From assembly GCA_963747235.1 (NCBI GenBank), contig CAVVEU010000033.1:320001-384000 (forward strand): a stretch of DNA of 64,000 nucleotides. The letters run 5' to 3'. The position numbers and the translations under genes are program-made. The notes under the pieces were generated by a model. It worked only from the letters and a program-made list of their open reading frames with translations, ran no database searches and was not told the DNA's origin. Below, piece after piece: positions 35,868 to 47,376 of this stretch (within the stretch, counting starts at the first letter, position 1; every line of letters starts with the position of its first letter). Source of the stretch: an uncultured Candidatus Rokubacteria bacterium (GTDB taxonomy: Bacteria > Methylomirabilota > Methylomirabilia > Rokubacteriales > CSP1-6).

Positions 35868-36752
35868 ATGACGATCGGACTGGTCGGCGTGGGGCTCCTG
35901 GGCACGGCGGTGGCCGGGCGATTGCTCAAGGCCGGGCATCGTGTGGTGGGCTTCGACATCGCGCCCGATCGCGGGCGGACGCTGATCGCCATGGGCGGCG
36001 AGGTCGCCGCCTCCGCGCGCGCGGTCGCGCTCGCCAGCGAGGCGGTGTGCACGCTGCTGCCCACCCTGGCCGCGGTCGAGAGCGCCATCCTCGGGCCCGA
36101 CGGCGTCGCGGCGGCCGGGAAGCCCGGCCAGGTCGTCATCCAGATGAGCACGATCTCGCCCGCGCTGAGCGTGCGGCTCGCGGCGGAGAGCCGGGCGCGC
36201 AGCCTCGACTTCCTCGACTGCCCGGTCAGCGGCACCAGCGGCGTGGTGGCGCGCGGCGAGGGCATGCTCTTCGTGGGCGGCGAGCGTCGGGTGTTCGAGC
36301 GCTGGCGCCCGCTGCTCGAGGCCATGCTCCCGCGCGCGGTCTACATCGGGGCCGCCGGGCAGGCCATGGTGCTGAAGCTCGTGGCGAACCTGCTCGTGGG
36401 CCTGCACAGCGCCGCCGCCGCCGAGGCGCTGCACCTCGCGCGGCAGGCCGGGCTCGACCCCGCGGTGGCCCTCGAGGTGCTGACGGGGAGCGCCGCGGGC
36501 TCGCGCATGCTGGACATCCGAGGGCCGCTGATGGTGCGCGGAGAGTATCCGGCGCAGATGAAGCTCGATCTCTTCTTGAAGGACCTGCACCTGATCCAGG
36601 ACGCGGCCGCCGCCGCCGGCGCCGCCCTGCCGCTCACCGACACCGCCGAGCGGCTCTATGCCGCCGCGGCGGAGACGGGCCACGGCAAGGAGGACCTCGC
36701 GGTGGTGCTGACCGCGCTGGCCGCGCTGAGTCCGCGCCGACGGGAGGCCTAG
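35868..36752 (+). CDS. NAD(P)-dependent beta-hydroxyacid dehydrogenase (GarR/MmsB family)
   Basis: IGLVGVGLLG, MSTISP, DCPVSG, KLVAN, KDL. Confidence 0.92.
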   Translation: MTIGLVGVGLLGTAVAGRLLKAGHRVVGFDIAPDRGRTLIAMGGEVAASARAVALASEAVCTLLPTLAAVESAILGPDGVAAAGKPGQVVIQMSTISPALSVRLAAESRARSLDFLDCPVSGTSGVVARGEGMLFVGGERRVFERWRPLLEAMLPRAVYIGAAGQAMVLKLVANLLVGLHSAAAAEALHLARQAGLDPAVALEVLTGSAAGSRMLDIRGPLMVRGEYPAQMKLDLFLKDLHLIQDAAAAAGAALPLTDTAERLYAAAAETGHGKEDLAVVLTALAALSPRRREA

Positions 36753-36783
36753 CCGGCGGCCAACCGGCGGTTACAATCACCGC

Positions 36784-38333
36784 ATGGCCCAACCGCCGAA
36801 CCCCGCCCCCACCCTGCGGTTGATCAGCGCGACCGGCAATCTCCTCGGCGCCGTCGTCGCGTTCCTGTACTTTCGCGTCGTCGACCCCTCGACGACCGGC
36901 GGGTCGCGGCCCGGCCTCCCCGAGATCGTGTACTCGATCGTCATCTTCGCCGCGCTCGTCGGGATCGGCCAGGCGTTCAGCTCCCGCTGGATGGCTCCGC
37001 TCGGCCGGGCCGGCCTCGGAGAGCCGCTCTCACCCAAAGAGGCCGCGCTGGTCCGCCGGCGGGCGCTCCTCTTCCCCTACTTCCTGGCCGGGCTCACCTT
37101 CACCGGCTGGGTCATGGCCGGGCTCATCTACGGCGTCGGGATCCCGTTCCTGATGGGCCACCTGACATTCTCCCAGGCGGCGCGCCAGGTCTTCGGCCTG
37201 ACCGTGATCGCGGGCTCCGTGACCACCGCGTTCATCTTCTTCGCCAGCGAGCACGCCTGGCGCCGGCGCCTCCCGTTCTTCTTTCCCGAGGGAGACCTCC
37301 GCGCGGTGCCGCGCGTCCCCCACCTGGCGGTCCGGACGCGGCTGCTCGCGATCTTCCTGCTGATCGGCGTGATGCCGCCCGCGATCCTCGGCATCCTCTC
37401 CTACATGCGCGCCCTCGGGCTGCAGGGCGCGGACGCGGCGACCGCGGGAGAGATCGTCGCCACCCTGCGCGTGACCATCGTCTTCCTCGTCGGCGTCGGG
37501 ATCGCGGCCGCCATCGGGCTCTCGATCTTCGCGGCCAACAGCGTGGCGGGGCCGCTGCGGCACGTGGAGGCCGCGATGGCCGAGGTGGCGCGGGGCCGGC
37601 TCGACGGGCGCGCGCCCGTCGTGAGCACCGACGAGATCGGCGCGGTGGCCGAGGGCTTCAACCGCATGCTGCACGGCCTGCGCGAGCGCGAGATGGTGAA
37701 GGAGACCTTCGGCAAGTACGTCACGCCCGAGATCCGCGACGCGATCCTCGCCGGACGCGTGCGCGGCGAGGGCCAGCTCATCGAGGCCACCATCCTCTTC
37801 GCGGACCTGCGCGACTTCACCCCGTGGGTGGAGGCCACCGAGCCGCGCGAGGTGGTGCGCGACCTCAACGAGTACTTCACCGAGATGGACCGGGCCATCC
37901 GCGCGCACGGCGGCCTCGTGCTCCAGTTCATCGGCGACGAGATCGAGGCGGTGTTCGGCGCGCCGATCGCCGCCCCCGACCACGCCGGGCGGGCGGTGCA
38001 CGCCGCGATCGAGATGCGGCAGCGGCTCCAGGCCTGGAACGCGCGCGCGCGAGGCGGCGGGCCGGCCCCCGCTGCGCAACGGCATCGGCATCCACACCGG
38101 CACCGTGCTGGCCGGCAACATCGGCGGCGCCGAGCGGCTCTCCTACGCGCTGGTCGGCGACCCGGTCAACCTCGCCTCGCGCATCCAGGGGCTCACCAAG
38201 GACTTCAAGGTGGACATCCTGATCAGCGAGGCCACCCGCAGCCGCCTCGACGGCGACGATCGCGGTCGAGGAGCTGCCCGCGGTGCGCGTCAAGGGCCGC
38301 GTGGAAGAGGTGAACGTCTACAAGGTGGTGTGA
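36784..38333 (+). CDS. Membrane-bound class III adenylate/guanylate cyclase with HAMP domain, frameshifted
   Basis: TM helices, DEIG HAMP, LFADLRDFT, FIGDEI, GIGIHTG, VNLASRIQ, VKGR. Confidence 0.9.
38315..38333 (+). repeat. 19-bp direct repeat, copy 1 (CGTCTACAAGGTGGTGTGA)
   Basis: Identical to 39280-39298. Confidence 0.85.
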
Positions 38334-38337
38334 CGAG

Positions 38338-39270
38338 ATGCCCGGCCGCGCCTTCCGCTTCGGGCTCGTCGCGAGGACGCTCGCGCCGGGCGAGACCTGG
38401 GCCGACAAGGCCCGCCGCGCCGAGCAGCTCGGCTACGCGGTCCTCACGATGCCGGATCACTTCCGGAACCAGCTCGCGCCGGTGCCCGCCCTGACCGCCG
38501 CCGCGCTCGCGACCACGCCGGCTGCGCGTGGGCTCGCTCGTCTTCGCGGTGGACTTCCACCATCCGGCCGTCCTCGCGCGCGAGGTCGCGGCGATGGACC
38601 AGCTCTCGGGCGGGCGCTTCGAGCTCGGCCTGGGCGCGGGCTGGCTGCGCGCGGAATACGAGGAAGCGGGCATCCGCTACGACGCCGCCGGCACGCGGAT
38701 CGAGCGGCTCGCCGAGGCCGTCACCATCATCAAGGGCCTGCTCACGGGTGAGCGCGTCACCTTCGCGGGCCGGCACTACACCATCACCGATCTGGAGGGC
38801 CGGCCCGGGGTCCAGCGCCGCGGCCGCCCATCCTGATCGGGGGCGGCGGCCGGCGCACGCTCACCCTCGCCGGGCGGGAGGCCGACATCGTCGGGCTCGT
38901 CCCGCGCGCGCGAACGGACGGCGGCGGGCTCGAGTGGGACGACTTCGGCGCGCGCCGCGCTGCTGGAGAAGCTCGCGTGGGTGCGCGAGGCCGCCGGGGA
39001 CGCGCTTCGCCGCGCTCGAGCTCAACACGCTGATCCAGGCCGCGGTCGTCACGGACGACGCGGCGGCGGCGGCCGATCAGCTCGCGACGCGGTTTCACAC
39101 CACGCGGGAGCTGGTGCGGGACTGCCCGTACGCGCTGGTGGGGACGGCGGCGGAGATCGCGCGAGACGATTCAGCAGCGGCGCGAGCGCTACGGGATCTC
39201 GTACCTTTCGATCTTCGAGCAGGATGCGGAGGCGTTCGCGCCGGTGGTGGCGAAGCTCGCGGGTACGTGA
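38338..39270 (+). CDS. Probable F420-dependent LLM oxidoreductase, frameshifted
   Basis: FRFG, ARRAEQLGY, PDHF, HPAVLAREVAAMDQLSGGRFELGLGAGW, ILIGGGG. Confidence 0.85.
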
Positions 39271-39279
39271 GGGGTGGTT

Positions 39280-39298
39280 CGTCTACAAGGTGGTGTGA
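39280..39298 (+). repeat. 19-bp direct repeat, copy 2
   Basis: Identical to 38315-38333. Confidence 0.85.
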
Positions 39299-39834
39299 GG
39301 ACCACCCCAGAACCACTCGTCGAATCCGCGCCGGGCCACGAGGGGCAGGGGGATCCGCGCGGGCTGCTGGAACCACGCGAGCTCTTCACCGGCCGGCGGC
39401 GCGCCACGAGCCGCGCTCCGGCACGCGACGCCATTCGCGCCGGCGTCCCAGGCCACGGCGCCGATCGCCTGACATCGCTCGTGCGGAACCGGCGTCCCCC
39501 CACCGCCATCCAATGGATAGGTCACGGGCAGGCCCGCCGCCACACAGCCGGCGTCCGTCACGACGTCCACGTAGTCCTCTTCGGCCACGAGCGTCTCGAC
39601 GAGGATCGGCGCCGCCTCGGGATTGAGAAGCTCCGGCGTGTAGGGTCGGCCCGCGAATCGAAGCGCGACGTTCGCACGGGCCACCGCGACGTCGCGATTC
39701 AGGTACACGACCGGGAACGAGCGGGGCGGATTCCAGCGCCCGCCACGCTCCGCCGCATACCGCCCGTCCAGTGGGTCCCGCCAGTCCGGATCAGCGACGC
39801 GAACGTATGCCCCACCGCGCCGCACGTGCCGCAC
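39283..39834 (-). CDS. RES-domain protein (putative toxin)
   Basis: YVRV, GGRWNP, VVYL, CQAIG, G..CRSAA, ELAWF. Confidence 0.85.
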   Translation of the reverse strand: MRHVRRGGAYVRVADPDWRDPLDGRYAAERGGRWNPPRSFPVVYLNRDVAVARANVALRFAGRPYTPELLNPEAAPILVETLVAEEDYVDVVTDAGCVAAGLPVTYPLDGGGGTPVPHERCQAIGAVAWDAGANGVACRSAARGAPPAGEELAWFQQPARIPLPLVARRGFDEWFWGGPHTTL

Positions 39835-39836
39835 CG

Positions 39837-40616
39837 TCAGGCCGCCGATGCCGCCCAGTCGAAGGAGGCGCGCGCGTCATCGAGCAGCCAGTCATGGCGA
39901 TCGGCCGTGATGAGCTCGAGCATCGATTTGCCCCCGTAGGCTTCGGCGGGCCGGCGCGCCACGCCTGGCAGGACACCGGGCCTCAGCTTGCGGTTCAGGA
40001 GCTCACCCGTCGAGAGCACCGCGGTCAGCTTCGCGGCCCGCTCCGGGGGGACCCCGCGCATGAGCCACTGCCCGACCGCCTGCCGTGACACGCCGAAGAG
40101 ACGCGCGAGCTCCGTACGATCGAGCCCGAAGAGGTCCATCACACGCTCGAGGGGAGAGGATTCCAGCTCCGGAGCCACCTCGTGCACGAGCGCGTTGCGC
40201 AGCAGTCTCAGGGCGGTCCGGAGCTCGTCCGGCTTCGCCCATGGGCTCCACTCGACGCGGGGCGATCGGAGCGGCTCGGAGCGGGACACGAACGCGCGGA
40301 GCTCTGCAACCAGCCGCAGCGCGAGACCTCGGCGCAGACCCAGCTCGGACACCCACGGAGAGAAGGCGGCGGTCGGAGCCGACTCGAGCAGGATCTCGAG
40401 CGCATACCGCTTGAGCTCGATGACGCCCGCTCGCTCGATCAGCCTGGCGGCGAGCTCGCTCCAGATGCGGAGGAAGCGGCGCGCGTCACCCGAGGATCCC
40501 CTCCCAGCCGCGTGCAGGGACGACTCTAACTCATCGAGTTCTCTACCAAAGTCAACCTCGAGGTGGTCCGCGAGGTGGGTAACTTCACCCTCCGCTAGAA
40601 TCCAGTGGTCTCCCAT
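39837..40616 (-). CDS. Xre/MbcA-ParS-like antitoxin with long N-terminal extension
   Basis: HTH RTELARLFGVSRQAVGQW; C-terminal RRPAEAYGGKSMLELI; directly upstream of the RES gene. Confidence 0.75.
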   Translation of the reverse strand: MGDHWILAEGEVTHLADHLEVDFGRELDELESSLHAAGRGSSGDARRFLRIWSELAARLIERAGVIELKRYALEILLESAPTAAFSPWVSELGLRRGLALRLVAELRAFVSRSEPLRSPRVEWSPWAKPDELRTALRLLRNALVHEVAPELESSPLERVMDLFGLDRTELARLFGVSRQAVGQWLMRGVPPERAAKLTAVLSTGELLNRKLRPGVLPGVARRPAEAYGGKSMLELITADRHDWLLDDARASFDWAASAA

Positions 40617-40622
40617 GCCGAG

Positions 40623-40651
40623 AGTATAGGCGCAAGCAATACGCAAGGCAA
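40623..40651 (-). promoter_or_regulatory. Sigma70-type promoter of the TA operon, probably leaderless
   Basis: TTGCCT-17 nt-TATACT, 6 nt before ATG 40616. Confidence 0.65.
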
Positions 40652-40691
40652 GTGAAGCGCAAGGGCCTCCCCCTCACCCTGGAGGAAGAGC

Positions 40692-41752
40692 TCATCTGAA
40701 GCGGGGCATGACCTCGCGGGCGAAGAGCTCCATGGAGCGGCGGACCTTGTCCTCGGGCAGGCCGCCGAAGTTCATCCAGCACATGAGCTGGCCCACGCCG
40801 AGCTGGCGCATCTGCTCGATGTGGCGCGCCACCGTGTCCGGCGAGCCGAACGCGAGCGTCTCGGCCACGAGCCCCTCCCACGTGATCTTCGAGAGCCGGT
40901 CCGCCATGGCGCGGAAGCCCGGCTGCAGCGCGGGATGGCTGTCCTCGATCCGGTCCGGGATGAGGAACTTCCGGAAGGATTCCTGGTACCACATCTCGGC
41001 GTCCTTGGCTTCGGCCAGCGCCTGCGCGTCGGTGGGCGCCACGTAGAACTGGCGCGAGACGCCCCAGCGGTCGAGCAGGGCCGCGATGTCGGCGGGGCTG
41101 CGCCCGGCCTTCTGCAGCGTCGCCACGTAGCGGTCGCGGCTGGCCACGAGCTGGTCGAGCCCGCCGAAGAGGAGCGAGTTGAGCATGGGCCAGCCGCGGA
41201 GCGCGGTGCCCTCGATGGAGTCCGGCGACACGCACACCTGGTAGACCGGCGGGTGCGGCTGCTGCACGGGCTTCGGGATCACGCGCACGTTGTCGAGCTG
41301 GAAGAAGCGGCCGTCGTAGCTGAAGCGCTCCTCGGTCCAGGCGCGCACCATGATCTGCGCGATCTCGTCGAAGCGCTCGCGGCTCTCCACCTGCGGGATG
41401 CGATAGCCGCGGAACTCCGACGGCCGGTTGCCCCGCCCGATCCCGACGTCGAGCCGCCCCTTCGAGATGATGTCCACCAGCGCCATCTGCTCGGCGAGGC
41501 GGATCGGATCGTGGAAGGGCAGGATGGCGGCGGCCAGGCCGATGCGAATCCGGGAGGTCCGCGAGGCCACCGCGCAGGCCAGCGTGGCGGGATCCACCGA
41601 GAGACCGTAGTCGATGAAGTGGTGCTCGGTGAGCCAGACCTCGTCGAAGCCCAGCTCTTCCGACCACGCCATCTGGTCGAGCTCGCGCGCGATGATGTCG
41701 GCGTGCCGGTGGCCCGGCGGCGCCTGCAGGAAGAAGTAGGTCCCGAAGCGCA

Positions 41753-41753
<1 letters not shown>
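40692..41753 (-). CDS. LLM-class flavin-dependent oxidoreductase
   Basis: MRFG, WLTEHHF, TSRIRIG, SKGRLDVGIGRG, SMELFAREVMP. Confidence 0.92.
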
Positions 41754-42437
<684 letters not shown>

Positions 42438-42448
<11 letters not shown>

Positions 42449-43182
42449 GGTAGATCTCCTTCACCTGCGGGTCGGCCTTCACCTGCTCGCGCGGGCCGTC
42501 GGCGATGACGCGGCCGTAGTGCAGCACGGTGACCATGTCGGACAGCTCGAGCGCGATGTCCATGTCGTGCTCGATCATCAGCACGGTGATCTCGGGATCG
42601 AGCCGGCGCAGCAGCCCGGCCATCAGCCGCGACTCCGCGGGCGAGAGGCCGGCGGTGGGCTCGTCCAGCAGCAGCACGCGCGGCTGGCCGGCCAGGGCCA
42701 GCGCGATCTCGAGCTGCCGCTGCTCGCCGTGGGAGAGATTGCGCACGACCGCGTCGCCGAGCTTCTCCAGCTCGAGCCGCTGGAGCGCCGCCCGCGCGCG
42801 CTCGAGCAGGGCCGGGTAGCGCCCCACCGGGCGGAGCATCGAGAAGCGCACCGGCAGGTGGGCCTGCACCGCGAGCAGGCAGTTCTCCAGCACGCTCAGA
42901 TCGGGGAAGAGGTTGGTGATCTGGAACGTGCGCGCCAGCCCGAGCGCCGCGCGCCGGTGCGCGGGGGCGTGCGTCACGTCGCGCCCGAAGAGCGCGATGC
43001 GGCCGGAGCTGAGCGGCATCGCGCCCGCGATGAGGTTGAAGAGCGTGGTCTTCCCCGCCCCGTTGGGGCCGATCAGCGCGCGGCGCTCGCCCGGGCGGAC
43101 GGTCAGCGTCACGCCGTCCACGGCCTGGAGGCCGCCGAACGGCGCGGCAGACCGCGTCGAGGTGCAGCGCGAGGTTGGTCAT
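42438..43182 (-). CDS. LivG-type ABC ATPase, frameshift near the 5' end
   Basis: GPNGAGKTT, ARTFQ, LSHGEQR, IEHDM. Confidence 0.9.
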
Positions 43183-44120
43183 CGGCCGCCGGCGCTGCCG
43201 GAGCGCGCCGACGATGCCGGACGGGGCGAAGCAGGATCACGCCGATGTAGACGCCGCCCAGGATGAGCAGCCAGCGCTTGGTGTAGACGCTGACGAAGTT
43301 CTTGAGGAACACGATGACGCCGGCGCCCAGCGCGGGGCCGATCAGGGTGCCGGAGCCGCCGAGGGCCACCATCAGCAGCGTCTCCACCGAGGTGACGAGC
43401 TGGACGTCATTGGGGCTGACGAAGCCGTTGTAGTAGGCCCAGAGCGTGCCCGAGAAGCCGCCGAAGACGCCCGAGAGCACGAAGGCGGTGTACTTGTGCA
43501 GCCACACGTTGTAGCCGAGGGCCTGCATGCGGCCCTCGCTGCCGCGGATGCCGCGCAGCCCGAGGCCGAACGGCGAGATCACGAGCAGGCCCATCAGCAC
43601 CCACGCCAGCGCGGCGCACGACCAGGCAGAAGTAGTAGAAGGGCACCGGCGCGCTCAGCTCGAGGCCGAGCAGGCTCGGGCGCGGGATGCCCGCGATGCC
43701 GTTGTCGCCCTTGGTGAGCGACACCCAGCGATAGGCGAGCCCCCAGATCACCATGCCGAGCGCCAGCGTGATCATCAGGAAGTAGGTGCCGGTGGCGCGG
43801 ATGGCGAGCAGGCCGAAGACGGCCGCGGTCAGGGTGGCCAGCGGCCACGCCGGCCGCGAGGCAGGCGAGCAGGCCCATCTGGTGCTCGGTGGTCATGATG
43901 GCGACCACGTAGGCGCCGACGCCGAAGTAGGCGGCGTGGCCGAGCGAGGAGAGGCCGGTGTAGCCCAGCAGCACGTCGAGGCTCATGGCCAGGATGGCGA
44001 CGATCAGCGCCTGGGTGAGCACGGTGAGCGGGTAGGCCGACAGCCAGGGGCCGATCAGCGCGAGGGCCGCGATCACCACCGCGGCGAAGAGCGCGCGGCG
44101 CCCGATCATGCGCGGCTCAT
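43179..44120 (-). CDS. LivM-type permease, frameshifted
   Basis: LLGYTGLSSLGHAAYFG, TKGDNG, SPFGLGLRGI, LGGSGTLIGP. Confidence 0.85.
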
Positions 44121-44979
44121 ACGCGGCCGAAGAGCCCCGTCGGCCGGATGCGCCAGGATGATCGCCATCGGCGCGAAGAGCGTGAAGTAGGACAGCTCGG
44201 GGAAGAGCGCCTTGCCGAAGTTGTCGAGCAGGCCCACCAGCAGGCTCCCCGCCACCGCGCCGGGCAGGCTGCCGAGCCCGCCCACGATGACCACCACGAA
44301 GGCGTAGGGCAGCACCTCGAAGTCCGCGCCCGGGTACACGCCGAGGAAGCCGCCGCCGATCACGCCGCCCAGCGCGGCCAGCCCGGCGCCCAGCGCGAAG
44401 ACGCGCGAGCGACACGCGCGGCACGTTGATGCCCACGCCCTGGGCCATCTCGGCGTCGTCCACCGCGGCGCGGATCATCGCGCCCACGCGGGTGCGGTCC
44501 ATCGCGAGCCACAGCGCCAGGCCCACCACCACCGCCACGCCCACGATGAAGATGCGGAAGATCGGGAACACCGCGCCGCCCATGCGCACGGTCCCGGTCA
44601 GCATCTTCGGGATCGGCACCGTGTACGGGTCGCCGCCCCAGATCAGCAGGGCCAGGTCCTGGAAGATCAGCGCGAAGCCGATGGTCATCAGCACCTGGCC
44701 GAGCACCTCGCCGCGCAGCCGGCGCAGGAAGAAGCGCTCCATGCCCATGCCGACCAGCGCGATGGCCACCGCCCCCGCGAGGCACGCCAGCGCGAAGCTC
44801 TTCGTGTACAGCGCCACCGAGAGCCCGACGTAGCCGCCCAGCATGAAGTAGGAGCCGTGCGCGAGGTTGACGATGCGCATGACGCCGAAGATGAGCGACA
44901 GCCCGCTGGCCAGCAGGAAGAGGAGCGCGCCGTAGGAGAGCCCGTTGAACGACTGCGCGATCCAGAACTCGGCGCTCAC
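44117..44979 (-). CDS. LivH-type permease, frameshifted
   Basis: GLSLIFGVMRIVNLAHG, FVVVIVGGLGSL. Confidence 0.88.
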
Positions 44980-44995
44980 GCCCCGAGCCCCGTCT

Positions 44996-46001
44996 CTACC
45001 GGAGGCGCAGCAGTCGGGCGGCGTTCTCGCGAATCACCTTGGCCTGGTCGGCCCGCGAGAGCTTGACGCCCTTGTCCCGGATGATGTCGAGGGGCCGCTC
45101 GTAGCCCATGTCGAAGCAGAAATCGGTGCCGAGCATCACCCGGTCCGCGCCCACCGTGTCGATGAGATACCGCAGCGCGCCCGCATCGTGGCTGATCGTG
45201 TCGTAGGTGAAGCGGCGCAGGTAGGCGCGCACCGGCTTCTTCGCCGCCTTGTTCGCCTCCGGCCGGACCTTCTGGCCGCGCTGCAGCCGCCCCCACACCA
45301 GCGGGAACGTGCCGCCCGCGTGCGGCAGGATCACCTGCAGCTTCGGCAGCCGATCCAGCACGCCGCCGAAGATGAGGTGCGCCGCCGCGATGCCGGTGTC
45401 GTACGGGTTGCCGAGCAGGTTGGTCAGGTAGTAGGGCCGCAGGCGCTCCGCCCCGTTGACGTTGAACGGATGCAGCCCCACCGGCAGCCCCAGCGCCTGG
45501 CAGCGCTCGAACACCGGGAAGAACGCGGGGTCGGAGAGGTTGCGGCCCTCGATGTTGGTGCCCATGTAGACGGCGCGCACGCCGGGCAGCCGCGCGGCCC
45601 GGTCCAGCTCGGCCAGGGCCAGCGTCGTGTCCTGCATCGGCAGCGTGGCGCAGACCACGAAGCGGTCGGGATAGGCGGTGTGCGCCGCGCTGGCGCCGTC
45701 GTTCCACTCGCGCGCCAGCCGCCGGCCGAGCTCGCCCTGCGCCCAGTAGACCATCGGCGCGGTGAGCGAGAGCGCCTGCACGGCCACGCCCTGCCGGTTC
45801 ATGGAGGCCACGCGCTTGGGCAGATCGTAGTAGCGCGCCTCGAGCGGCGGGGTGCGCGAGCCCTTCACGTCGATGGCGGGCCCGGCCGGGCTCGAGCGGT
45901 CGATGCGGCCGCCGGAGGGGGCGCCGCCGTCCTCGATGGCGCGCGAGGAAGCGCTCGGGGAAGAAATGCGCGTGGACGTCGATGCCCAGGGGCGCTGCCA
46001 C
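44996..46001 (-). CDS. Amidohydrolase-2 family (ACMSD-like) protein, frameshift near 45950
   Basis: IDVHAHF, LHP, HAGGTFP, YDT, MLGTDF. Confidence 0.9.
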
Positions 46002-46014
46002 GGGCGGGATTCTA

Positions 46015-47259
46015 CTATAGAAGATGGGGCCTTGTGGGCGGCGAATCCGGACGCGCCGCAAGCCAGGCCGCGACGCTGGACCCCGCGACCGCGACAGCCG
46101 CGGCCAGGAAGGCCAACCCGTAACTGCCGGTGACGTCGAAGAGCCAGCCCCCGAGAAAGGGGCCGATCGCACCGCCGAGCCCGCCCCCGGCCTGGACCAC
46201 GCCCAGGATCGTCCCCAGATGCGGCCCGGAGAAGACGGCGGCCGGGATCGTCGACAGCAGCGCGATGCGCATCCCGAAGCCGAAGCCGGCCGCCGTGTAG
46301 AGCAGGAGCAGCGGCAAATCCTGGGGCCCGCGCATCAGGGCGAAGCAGCCGATCCCGGCGATCGCCACGACCGAGCCGAGCACGAACACCCAGCCGCTGC
46401 CGACCAGGTCCGAGAGCCACCCGCCGAGCACATTGCCCGCCACCATGCTCAGGCCGCCGAAGGAGAAGAGCCACACCACCGTCGCGGGCTCGAACCCCCG
46501 ATCCACCGCGTGGGCCACCTGGTGGGTCGCCATGATCTGGAAGCCGATCACGCCGAGCGCCATCATGATGAACGCGGCCCAGAGCCGGCTGCTTCGCAGG
46601 GCTCGGCGCAGGGTCCACGTCTCACCGGGCGCGCTCGACGACTCGGCGAATCGAGGGGCCGCGGCAGCCGCGGGTCCGCTCGGCGACGCGGACGGATCGC
46701 GGTAGAGCAGCGCGAGCGCCACGGTCGTCGCGGCGACAATGCACCCGAAGGCGACCAGAGCGCCCCGCCAGCCCAGCGTGACGATGAGCCAGGCGTTGAG
46801 CGGGTAGAAGACGACGGCGCTGGCCGGCCCGCCGGTGCTCAGCACGCCCATCGCGGTCCCGCGGGCACCCACGAACCAGCGCGTCACGATGGTCGTGGCC
46901 GGGATGATGATGCCGGCGATGCCCGCGGCGCCGAGGAGACCGAAGCAGAGGTAGTACTGCGGCAGCGAGGTCACCTGCCCCGTGCCCGCCAGCGCCAGCC
47001 CGAGCACCAGGCCGCCGATCGTCACGGCCGTCCGCGCGCCCCAGCGGTCGTACAGCCAGCCGGCCACCGGCGCCCAGACGACGAAGCCGAGCCAGCTCAG
47101 CGAGTACCCGAGCGCGGTCGGCCCCCGGCCCCACGCGAACTCCTCGAGCATCGCGACGTAGAACAGCGCGAACGTGGCGCGCGGGCCCCACGCCAGCGCG
47201 TTGACGGCGGTGGAGACGCCGACCACCACCCATCCGTACGAGGCGGGTTTTTCGGTCAC
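46015..47259 (-). CDS. MFS transporter
   Basis: GWLYDRWGAR, RWFVGARGTA, GWLSD, GWLFDVTGSY. Confidence 0.9.
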   Translation of the reverse strand: MTEKPASYGWVVVGVSTAVNALAWGPRATFALFYVAMLEEFAWGRGPTALGYSLSWLGFVVWAPVAGWLYDRWGARTAVTIGGLVLGLALAGTGQVTSLPQYYLCFGLLGAAGIAGIIIPATTIVTRWFVGARGTAMGVLSTGGPASAVVFYPLNAWLIVTLGWRGALVAFGCIVAATTVALALLYRDPSASPSGPAAAAAPRFAESSSAPGETWTLRRALRSSRLWAAFIMMALGVIGFQIMATHQVAHAVDRGFEPATVVWLFSFGGLSMVAGNVLGGWLSDLVGSGWVFVLGSVVAIAGIGCFALMRGPQDLPLLLLYTAAGFGFGMRIALLSTIPAAVFSGPHLGTILGVVQAGGGLGGAIGPFLGGWLFDVTGSYGLAFLAAAVAVAGSSVAAWLAARPDSPPTRPHLL

Positions 47260-47281
47260 GCGACCGCGCGGCACTCTACTC

Positions 47282-47310
47282 GAGTGGACACAACATTATT
47301 ATGTCCACTC
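47282..47310. other. dif-like or operator-like dyad: AGTGGACACAA-CATTA-TTATGTCCACT
   Basis: Inverted repeat of 12-bp arms with one mismatch and an AT-rich 5-nt core, in an intergenic region. Confidence 0.5.
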
Positions 47311-47376
47311 CGCAGCATCGATGTTTCACGGACCGACGAAGTGAATAGGACGACAGCCCGCGGACCCGCCCGTCGC

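Noticed and set aside
33659-36325. Apparent LVIVD-cyclase fusion (888 aa)
   Set aside because: Produced by an indel near 34510; the LVIVD gene has its own stop overlapping the cyclase ATG (ATGA)
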